A stretch of DNA of 64,000 bases from Calditrichota bacterium. GTDB lineage: Bacteria > Electryoneota > AABM5-125-24 > Hatepunaeales > Hatepunaeaceae. The notes below the pieces were generated by a model. That model searched no databases, was not told the origin of the DNA, and worked only from the letters and a program-made list of their open reading frames with translations. Shown here piece by piece: positions 57,201 to 64,000 of the stretch. Numbering within the stretch: the stretch's first letter is position 1; the number at the start of each line of letters is the position of its first letter. A program made the position numbers and the translations under genes. The stretch is from positions 5,211-69,210 of the forward strand of contig JABGPL010000005.1 in assembly GCA_018644935.1 (NCBI GenBank), read 5' to 3'.

Positions 57201-57733
57201 ACATATCAGAAGGTGAGATCGGGATATTCTCAGGTGGTAATCTTATCGGCTCCGGTGTTATTAGGAATGGTAAATGTGGTATTGCAGTTTGGGGTGATGA
57301 TTCAACAACTCCAGATATTGATGGTGCATTAAATGGTGCTCCATTAGAAATATTACTTCAGGATGGAAATGGTTTGCATCCTGTTAAATCAGATGTATTA
57401 TCTGGAGATAACAGATATTTAGCCAATGGATTCCAGGTTGTTCGGATTACCGACATTACTGCTTCACCCGAGCAATTCGGGATAGTTGATGTTTATCCAA
57501 ATCCATTTAACAGCAGTACAAGTTTAACCTATAATCTGCCCGAGGCGGCTCGGATTGAGGTCTCTCTTTACGATCTTGCAGGCAGGCAAGTAGCGGATAT
57601 CGTATCAAGGAATGCCAAGGCTGGTCAGCACACCATCACGGTGGACGGTGCTGGACTATCCAGTGGTGTTTATGTAGTAAAACTTTGCTCTTATTCAGGG
57701 ATTTCGAAGAGAAAACTAACATTAGTCAAGTAA
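54245..57733 (+). CDS. T9SS-sorted surface protein, stalk-family paralog (group A; WDGExLW-blade propeller head)
   Basis: 1162 aa with GGAGGA 5 nt upstream of the ATG and signal peptide ...LLLLIMTFPVLGQ. The head is an Ig-like domain, the motif EEEDERRGGPRRDDLGDVI, then blades AWDGELLWGS, CWDGENFWLA, TCDGETLWYA, EHDGENLWYT. The stalk and the CTD VYPNPFNSSTSLTYNL...GVYVVKLCSYSGISKRKLTLVK follow. Confidence 0.85.
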   Translation: MPLRNCFNHHFLCSLLLLIMTFPVLGQIEIDPYGFGVSMEEGENSQVQVIISNISEDNLNYEIDARLVEEEDERRGGPRRDDLGDVIRSIEVHAGRWIGLAWDGELLWGSDQRDNWRMTPVNMDGEVLDQVNVEINNYYGSCWDGENFWLAHYNDSRLARVDREGRLLNAIQINAQPFGMTCDGETLWYARYQAQDIQQITLEGEVLRTWDCNGIEARRTMDLAWVPDHPDGMLWITACDPGTIYQVNVEEDPPEIVQTVNVEDSDVYGLEHDGENLWYTTDQGDWICIDDGVAEIRMLAFDPNEGEIQGQGVVELDAIILGEGIEAGIYNYLVEISFFDPDNEEDEPILITMSVVVSIDSPTADLVGIVSSSRDDQVIPDAKVELYDSYEIIRITDEEGRYEIDALPAGAYTFTISAEDFLTETVEFNIDGEGEIELNFELAQAEFVLEPEEIAAELEPGEEFQTMIGASNTGNGPLTFMSERRLIGDANADPWNLRIDVPAGMITDDARVHGAVFIEDNFYASGANAGEPAIYVINREQELVSQYPQLGEARYGYKDLATDGEVIWGSGERNIYGFTPDGEEVTSFDCGISPCNNLAWDSDREILWASGTTTDIAGFDQDGNQVAEIDRLEYRIYGLAYWPDDPDGYQLYIFHKINEVGNLMIAKIDLENNQAIDVEILEPEGGGSAQGCFITNQYDIYSWVFMGMANSGAEDRIDIWQLDARKDWMAIQPVEGVIAGGEEQELTVTLDATGLPQALFEGEILFTHDGVGGETTLPISLQVGAGGGPEIFVIELANGWNMVSAYVQPDPEDVIGIMEDLVEAETLIMVKNGSGQFYNPQFGFNNIPGWQADEGYMIKMDGADELTLTGESLPWDTIIPLEAGWQMISFYPREGIDAIAALSGIVDALLMAKDGSGRFYSPAFGFSNMGDMVPGQGYLLKMDEDAELVYTVEEELASQSSHYLQTSLLPDHPNTGENMSMLILTDISEGEIGIFSGGNLIGSGVIRNGKCGIAVWGDDSTTPDIDGALNGAPLEILLQDGNGLHPVKSDVLSGDNRYLANGFQVVRITDITASPEQFGIVDVYPNPFNSSTSLTYNLPEAARIEVSLYDLAGRQVADIVSRNAKAGQHTITVDGAGLSSGVYVVKLCSYSGISKRKLTLVK

Positions 57734-57758
57734 TGTAAACGCTAAAACAGAGGGTATC

Positions 57759-60700
57759 ATGTTACAGCATAAGATTACCAGGATACTAATTACAGCTCTG
57801 CTGCTGACATTCTGCGGCACTTCCATGTCTCAGATAACGGTTATGCCACATGGAATCTGTGTTTCTATGGATGATAATGACGCAGTGGATTCTGAGTTAA
57901 TTCTAATTAATGATTATGAAGAACCTATTACTTTTAGCATAGATTACCATCTCATTTCAAACGAGGAAGAACGTCGGCAAGGACCTCAAAGAGATGAACC
58001 GGGGGAAATAATCCAGCAATTCTATTCACCACTCTACAATATGGGTGGGATGGCATTTGATGGAGAACTCCTATGGGGAAGTTCCCAAACTACGAATCAA
58101 CTCTGTGCAATGACACTTGAAGGCGAAGAGGTCATGGTGGTAGACATCAACGATCAACCAAAAACTTTGGCTTTTGATGGTGAATTGTTATGGTGCAGCG
58201 AATGGGGTGGAAGTAATATGTTTATCTACGATCTTGAGGGTGAACAAATAGACCAATTCAATATGGGAATGGAATTTAGGAGTATTATGGGAATGACCTC
58301 AGATCAGGAAGAATTTATCTTCATGAATACAATGAACCCTTACCAAATTCGTGTAATTTCAATTGAAGATCGTGAAGAAGTAGCTGCTTTTGAATACAGA
58401 GACGCAGTTGGAGGTGCTGATATCTGGTCGATAGAATGGGTCGAATCTCATCGTGATGGTCAACTCTGGTGCAATTTTACTGGCCACCTCTATCAGCTTT
58501 CGGTGGATGAAGAATGGAATGTCGAAGCAGTCAGCGACTTTGATTGGAATACCGACTCGCCATATAATGATCTTGCTCATGATGGTGAATATATGTGGCA
58601 TGGTATGTGGGATTCCAACACCTGGTTTCAATGTGATGAGGGAGTTTCAGAATATTTTATGCTCACCTTCAATCCTGAGGAGGGAGAAATACCGGGTGAA
58701 GAAAACATTCCGGTTGAGCTCTTTATCACTTCAGAAGGAATTGAACCAGGGAATTACAATATCTTAATCAAGGTAGAAACTGATCGAGAAATTGTAGAAC
58801 TAACTGCAATTGTTTCTGTTGATTCTCCAGCGGCATTCCTGACCTGCAGAGTCACAGATGCAGAGACAGAAGAAACTATGAGGGATGTCAGGATTGACGT
58901 GGACAGGTATGAAATCACCAGATTCACCAATAATAACGGAATTTCCGATTTTGAAAGTCTGCCAACGGGTGAATATAATATCACTTTTTCCAGTGTGGAT
59001 TATCTGACACACGTTGAACCCTTCAGGATTGATGGTGAAGGTGAGGTGATGATTCAGGTGGAAATGCTTCACGCTGAATGCACCACAAATCGCGACAACA
59101 TAGAATCAGCCCTTGAACCCGGCAACATCATGCAGACCGAGATAACTGTCTCAAACGCTGGTAATGGACCTCTTACGTATACTACCGAGAAGAGGTTGCT
59201 CGGCCAGGCTATTGAAGAACCATGGGAGCGGCGACGCTCCTTGAATGTGGGTGAGATAACGGGGGATTCTCGAATACAGGGGATTGCCTTTTTCGATGAC
59301 CTTTTTTATTTCGCAGGAGGCAATGATAGAAATCCGGTGATGTATGTCCTTAATCGTGAGGGTGAGGTGATCAATGAATATGCTCAATTAGGTGGAGGTC
59401 GTAACGGATATAAAGACATTGCTTATGACGGTGAGCTAATCTGGGGATCTGGAGAAAGAAATGCATACGGATTTACACCTGATGGTGAACAGGTTACCTC
59501 TTTTGACACAGGGATCAGTTCTTGCAGTAATATTGCCTGGGATAATGAACGGGAAATTCTTTGGATGTCTGGGATTACCACAGATATAACTGGTCTTGAC
59601 CGTGAGGGAAATTTAGTTGCAGAACTGAACCGACAGGGCATCAGGATCTATGGACTATCCTTCTGGCCGGATGACCCCGATGGATATCAGCTTTACATTT
59701 TCCACAAAAACAATGATATCGGTGACAAAATTGTCACAAAAATGAATGTCGATAACGGAGATCTTCTCGATGTAGTCATACTCGAACCTGATGCAATAGG
59801 AACCGCACAAGGCTGCTTTATTACCAACCATTATGACATTTACAGTTGGGTTTTCATGGCAAATGTCAATAATGCTGCAAATGACAGACTTGAAATCTGG
59901 CAGGTCGATGCTCGCAAAGACTGGATGGCAATCGAACCTGCTGAGGGAGAAATAGAGGCCGGTGATGATCAGGATTTTATAATCACACTCGACGCTACAG
60001 GTCCGCCACCAGCGTTATTCGAGGGTGAGATTATTTTCAATCATGATGGAATCGGTGGCCAGACACCGATCACTGTTTCACTTCAAGTCGGTGAAGGTGG
60101 AGGTGGTGAACAGGTTGATGAGATGATGCTCAACTTTATCGACGGATGGAACATGGTCTCCGCATACGTTCAACCTGATCCAGATGAAATCGTTGAGATA
60201 ATGCAAGAATTAGTCGAAGCAGATCAGCTTATATTAATGAAAAACGGAGTTGGTCGATTCTACAATCCAGCGTTTAACTTCAATAACATCCCCGGCTGGC
60301 TGGTCAGCGAGGGCTACATGGTGAAAGTAGATGGTGTTGCTGAAATGGTAATTGCAGGTGAATCAGTGAATCCCGATACACCTCTGCCATTAATAGAAGG
60401 CTGGCAGATGATTAGCTATTACCCTCGTGAAGGCATAGATGCAATAGCTGCATTGTCCGATATTGTGAATGCTCTCATAATGGCGAAAGACGGTTCCGGG
60501 AGATTTTACAGCCCGGCTTTCGGCTTCTGCAATATGGGTGATATGGTTCCCGGGCAGGGATATCTCCTGAAGATGGATCAGGCTACTGAACTTATTTATA
60601 CAGTTGAAGAAGAGCTTGCCAGACAGTCATCTCCAAGCATGACTCCGAGTATACTTCCAGTCCACCCAAATACAGGTGAAAATATGAGCCTGTTAATACA

Positions 60701-61238
60701 AACAGGCGAATTAGATGGTGAAATTGGTGTATATTCAAAAGGTCATCTCGTTGGTTCCGGGATTATCCAGGATGGCAAATGTGGTATTGCCGTTTGGGGT
60801 GATGACCACACAACCTCCGAAATAGATGGAGCAATCAAGGGTGAGGAACTCGAAGTTTCGCTTCACAATGTTAGTGAAATGGTGCCAGTTAAGATTGAGA
60901 CAATTTTTGGCGAAGACAAATATAGCACTGATGGTTTTTCTGTTCTGCGAATTCAGGATGTCAAGGCTTCACCTGGACAGTTCGGGATAGTCGATGCATA
61001 CCCGAATCCGTTTAACAATCGTTCCAGTATTAAATACAACCTGAAAGAATCCTCTGAAATAGATCTTGCATTATTCGATCTAACTGGCCGAAGGGTTCTC
61101 GACCTTGTTTCAGGTAGAAAAAAGATCGGTCAATATTCAATTACGATAGAAGGCTCCTCCTTGTCAAGTGGTATGTACATTGTACGACTGCAGGCTGGCG
61201 AGCAAATATCGAAAAGGAAGGTCACATTAGTTAAGTGA
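57759..61238 (+). CDS. T9SS-sorted surface protein, stalk-family paralog (group A; WDGExLW-blade propeller head)
   Basis: 1159 aa with GAGGG upstream and signal peptide ...LLLTFCGTSMSQ. Head: NEEERRQGPQRDEPGEII, then AFDGELLWGS, AFDGELLWCS, AHDGEYMWHG. The stalk is colinear with the 54245 gene. The CTD is AYPNPFNNRSSIKYNL...GMYIVRLQAGEQISKRKVTLVK. Confidence 0.85.
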   Translation: MLQHKITRILITALLLTFCGTSMSQITVMPHGICVSMDDNDAVDSELILINDYEEPITFSIDYHLISNEEERRQGPQRDEPGEIIQQFYSPLYNMGGMAFDGELLWGSSQTTNQLCAMTLEGEEVMVVDINDQPKTLAFDGELLWCSEWGGSNMFIYDLEGEQIDQFNMGMEFRSIMGMTSDQEEFIFMNTMNPYQIRVISIEDREEVAAFEYRDAVGGADIWSIEWVESHRDGQLWCNFTGHLYQLSVDEEWNVEAVSDFDWNTDSPYNDLAHDGEYMWHGMWDSNTWFQCDEGVSEYFMLTFNPEEGEIPGEENIPVELFITSEGIEPGNYNILIKVETDREIVELTAIVSVDSPAAFLTCRVTDAETEETMRDVRIDVDRYEITRFTNNNGISDFESLPTGEYNITFSSVDYLTHVEPFRIDGEGEVMIQVEMLHAECTTNRDNIESALEPGNIMQTEITVSNAGNGPLTYTTEKRLLGQAIEEPWERRRSLNVGEITGDSRIQGIAFFDDLFYFAGGNDRNPVMYVLNREGEVINEYAQLGGGRNGYKDIAYDGELIWGSGERNAYGFTPDGEQVTSFDTGISSCSNIAWDNEREILWMSGITTDITGLDREGNLVAELNRQGIRIYGLSFWPDDPDGYQLYIFHKNNDIGDKIVTKMNVDNGDLLDVVILEPDAIGTAQGCFITNHYDIYSWVFMANVNNAANDRLEIWQVDARKDWMAIEPAEGEIEAGDDQDFIITLDATGPPPALFEGEIIFNHDGIGGQTPITVSLQVGEGGGGEQVDEMMLNFIDGWNMVSAYVQPDPDEIVEIMQELVEADQLILMKNGVGRFYNPAFNFNNIPGWLVSEGYMVKVDGVAEMVIAGESVNPDTPLPLIEGWQMISYYPREGIDAIAALSDIVNALIMAKDGSGRFYSPAFGFCNMGDMVPGQGYLLKMDQATELIYTVEEELARQSSPSMTPSILPVHPNTGENMSLLIQTGELDGEIGVYSKGHLVGSGIIQDGKCGIAVWGDDHTTSEIDGAIKGEELEVSLHNVSEMVPVKIETIFGEDKYSTDGFSVLRIQDVKASPGQFGIVDAYPNPFNNRSSIKYNLKESSEIDLALFDLTGRRVLDLVSGRKKIGQYSITIEGSSLSSGMYIVRLQAGEQISKRKVTLVK

Positions 61239-61252
61239 ATTATGGGGATGAA

Positions 61253-64000
61253 ATGTCTGACTTAAGAAAAGTTTTTTTAGTTTTAATAACAATTTTGTTT
61301 GTATCAGTCAATTGGGTTTCGGCACAGGTTTCCGTTATTCCACATGGATTTGCAACTTCCTTAGATGAGGGTGAAGATGCCGACTATGAACTCATAATAG
61401 TAAATGATTTTGAAGCTGACGTTGAATTCAACATCGACTACAGTTTGATTAATGATGAAAATGACCGTCGAGGGGGGCCAGCCCGAGATGATCCTGGTGA
61501 CATACTTGGTCGATTCGCATGGCAGCATGCAGGCGAGGGTAGTTACAAGGGAGGTCTCGCCTGGGACTCAGAAAACGAATGGATGTGGCTTACCACTTAT
61601 AGACCCGGGTGGATTGGAGCAGTTGACCCGAACGACGATTTCCGTGAGGCTGTCGAAAGCTGGCAATCTGACGGGCAAACTCCGATGGGAGCTGCGTGGC
61701 TGGATGGCATTCTGTATGTTGTCGCGTGGCAGAATCGGTTCCTCGGCATGTGGGATGTGGATGGGAACAATCTGGGGAATTTTGATCTACAATTTACTCC
61801 TACAGGAGTGTCGAACACAGACGAATTGCTGTTAATCATGAACGATGCTGGTGAGCACGACATCCATGTGATGTCTGCTGATGGTGATGAAATCGCTGTT
61901 ATAAATGACTACCGACAGTTTGTTCAAGGCCAGCCAGGCAATTCACGTTGCTTGCAGTGGGTTGAAAATCATCGGGAAGGTCAACTGTGGATAAACTCCC
62001 TGAGAACCATTTATCAGATTCGAATTAATGATGACTGGGAAGCTGTTGAACTCACCCAGCGGTTTGTCTTCGCCGGAGCACAACTTTGGGACGGTATAGG
62101 ACATGATGGTGAAAATATGTGGCTCGGAACGGTTGCTCAAGCGGAATACCTCATCTTTGATGACGGTGTAAGAGAGTTCCAGATGCTCACATTCGATCCC
62201 GAAGGGGGGGAAATACCGGGTGGGGATTCCATTCCGATAAATGTCTTTATGACTACTGAGGGTATTGAGCCCGGTGTTTATAATATCTTGATTACTATAG
62301 AGTATGGGCAAGAGACCTTGGAGATGTCGGCAGTTGTAACCGTCAACTCCGAGTCGGCAACCGTTATCTGTAGTGTAATCGATGCAGACACAGAAGAGGT
62401 AATCGAAGATGTGATCATTGATTTGGATCAATATCTAATCACCAGGTCTACCGATGAGGACGGAGCATGCGAATTTGAAAATCTCCCTACGGGTGAATAT
62501 GAATTCACTTTCTTTGCCACTGATTACCTGCTTCTTGCGGAACAATTTCAAATAGACGGCGAAGGGGATCATGACCTCAACGTTGAACTTTTTCATTCCG
62601 AATGCAACTTGGATCGTGATGAGATCAGCGCCGAACTCGCTCCCGATGAAGAAATGCAAACTGAAATCACGATCAGTAATGATGGCAACGGACCTCTGAC
62701 TTATGTCACAGACAGGAGATTGCTAGGTGATGCAAACGCAGACCCATGGGAACTGAGGCTAGATGTCCCCGCCGGTGTTATAACCGACGATGCACGTGTT
62801 CACGGTGCAGTATTTGTTAATGATAATTTCTATGCCAGTGGTGCGAATACAGGAGAACCTGCCATTTATGTCATGAATCGAGAACAGGAACTCGTTTCTC
62901 ACTATCCTCAGCTTGGTGAAGGTCGGTATGGTTATAAAGATCTGGCTTCTGATGGAGAAGCTATCTGGGGGTCGGGAGAACGTATGGTTTATTGTTTTAC
63001 ACCTGATGGTGAGGAAGTGACATCCTTTGACAGTGGCATTTCGCCGTGCAATAATCTAGCATGGGATCCCGACCGGGAGATCTTATGGGTATCCGGAACA
63101 ACGACAGATATTGCAGGATTTGATCGGGATGGAAATCAAGTTGCTGAAATAGACAGATTGGAGTATCGTATTTATGGTTTAGCTTACTGGCCGGATGATC
63201 CTGATGGCTATCAACTCTATATATTTCATAAAATCAACGAAGTGGGCAATTTAATGGTTGCCAAAATTGATTTAGAGAACAATCAGGCAATTGACGTAGT
63301 AATTCTCGAACCCGAAGGTAGCGGATCAGCTCAGGGATGCTTCATCACAAACCAGTATGACATATATAGTTGGGTGTTCATGGGGATGGCCAACAGTGGA
63401 GCTGAAGACCGCATAGATATCTGGCAATTGGATGCCAGAAAGGACTGGATGTCAATTGAGCCTGTTGAAGGGGTAATTGCAGATGGCGAGGAACAAGAAT
63501 TCACGATAACTCTAGATGCTTCAGATCTACCGCAAGCTTTATTTGAGGGCGAAATCCTCTTCACACACGATGGAGTTGGAGGCGAGACAACTCTGCCGGT
63601 CTCTTTGCAAGTTGGGGCAGGTGGTGGACCAGAAAATTTTGTGATCGAGCTTGCAAACGGTTGGAATATGGTCTCTGCTTATGTTCAACCTGAACCAGAT
63701 GATATCATCGAAATAATGGTAGATCTTATTGAAGCGGGATCACTCCTGATGGTCAAAAACGGGGCAGGGCAATTTTACAATCCTCAATTCAATTTCAACA
63801 ACATTCCTGGTTGGATAGTTAGTGAAGGTTACATGATCAAAATGGATGCTGCGGATGAGCTGACACTTACCGGTGATGCGGTGCTCTGGGATACTGCAAT
63901 CCCACTAGAGGTTGGCTGGCAGATGATCAGCTATTACCCTCGGAATGGGATTGATGCAGTCGCAGCATTGTCGGGTATTGTGGATAATCTTCTAATGGCA
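61253..64000 (+). CDS. Stalk-family paralog (group A), 3' end beyond the window; T9SS CTD expected but not visible
   Basis: Not in the ORF track because it is open to the right edge. ATG 61253 with GGGGA upstream gives MSDLRKVFLVLITILFVSVNWVSAQ. Hand translation stays open for 916 codons: NDENDRRGGPARDDPGDIL, propeller head, CarboxypepD_reg-like VICSVIDADTEEVIEDVII, a core ~90% nt identical to the 54245 gene (offset 7020), and the GW-FY repeat starting at GWNMVSAYVQPEPDD (about 63658). Confidence 0.8.
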   Translation, partial: MSDLRKVFLVLITILFVSVNWVSAQVSVIPHGFATSLDEGEDADYELIIVNDFEADVEFNIDYSLINDENDRRGGPARDDPGDILGRFAWQHAGEGSYKGGLAWDSENEWMWLTTYRPGWIGAVDPNDDFREAVESWQSDGQTPMGAAWLDGILYVVAWQNRFLGMWDVDGNNLGNFDLQFTPTGVSNTDELLLIMNDAGEHDIHVMSADGDEIAVINDYRQFVQGQPGNSRCLQWVENHREGQLWINSLRTIYQIRINDDWEAVELTQRFVFAGAQLWDGIGHDGENMWLGTVAQAEYLIFDDGVREFQMLTFDPEGGEIPGGDSIPINVFMTTEGIEPGVYNILITIEYGQETLEMSAVVTVNSESATVICSVIDADTEEVIEDVIIDLDQYLITRSTDEDGACEFENLPTGEYEFTFFATDYLLLAEQFQIDGEGDHDLNVELFHSECNLDRDEISAELAPDEEMQTEITISNDGNGPLTYVTDRRLLGDANADPWELRLDVPAGVITDDARVHGAVFVNDNFYASGANTGEPAIYVMNREQELVSHYPQLGEGRYGYKDLASDGEAIWGSGERMVYCFTPDGEEVTSFDSGISPCNNLAWDPDREILWVSGTTTDIAGFDRDGNQVAEIDRLEYRIYGLAYWPDDPDGYQLYIFHKINEVGNLMVAKIDLENNQAIDVVILEPEGSGSAQGCFITNQYDIYSWVFMGMANSGAEDRIDIWQLDARKDWMSIEPVEGVIADGEEQEFTITLDASDLPQALFEGEILFTHDGVGGETTLPVSLQVGAGGGPENFVIELANGWNMVSAYVQPEPDDIIEIMVDLIEAGSLLMVKNGAGQFYNPQFNFNNIPGWIVSEGYMIKMDAADELTLTGDAVLWDTAIPLEVGWQMISYYPRNGIDAVAALSGIVDNLLMA

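Noticed and set aside
43335-64000. A diversity-generating retroelement or similar targeted hypermutation as the source of paralog differences.
   Set aside because: The window has no reverse transcriptase gene and no template/variable repeat pair. Differences between near-identical tracts are spread over all base types as far as I can see.

Overview
This 64-kb window is roughly 43-46% GC by eye. It looks like an uncultivated bacterium of the T9SS-using (Bacteroidota/FCB-type) kind. I recognised no rRNA, tRNA, CRISPR array, transposase or integrase.

About three quarters of the window (~48 kb) encodes type IX secretion (T9SS) cargo. Ten CDS end in a PNPFN-type C-terminal sorting domain (CTD), and an eleventh runs off the right edge.

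- **Stalk family:** eight CDS are paralogs: 2141-5635(-), 5717-9715(-) and a co-directional six-gene array from 43335 to beyond 64000(+). Each has a variable head on a constant ~750-aa stalk. The stalk order is Ig-like, CarboxypepD_reg-like, Ig-like, a DGxxxW-blade propeller-like core, Ig-like, an internally duplicated 'GW...FY' cassette, a ~110-aa 'NMS' domain, then the CTD. 'GW-FY' and 'NMS' are working labels of mine.
- **Giant protein:** a 4,333-aa protein (20940-33941+) carries 11 NMS domains, roughly two dozen Ig-like repeats and ~7 cadherin-like repeats. It ends in the same C-terminal cassette.
- **C25 peptidase:** a gingipain-like C25 peptidase (39311-43033-) shares the middle of the stalk.
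- **Recombination signs:** paralogs contain tracts of complete or near-complete nucleotide identity and mosaic C-termini. The giant gene holds a recent ~1-kb tandem duplication.
- **Decayed stretch:** between the giant gene and the C25 gene lie a peroxiredoxin-like pseudogene, a T9SS-CTD remnant and a P-loop fragment with an in-frame TAG. The same stretch also holds an intact SAM methyltransferase and a compositionally different cargo gene.
- **Housekeeping genes:** CPBP protease (partial), queF, citF, a fused citD-citE, mltF, Nfu-ApbC/Mrp and a transglutaminase-like gene pair.

All calls come from reading the sequence and the supplied translations. Identity percentages are by-eye estimates, hand-derived coordinates may be off by a few nt, and no database search was possible.
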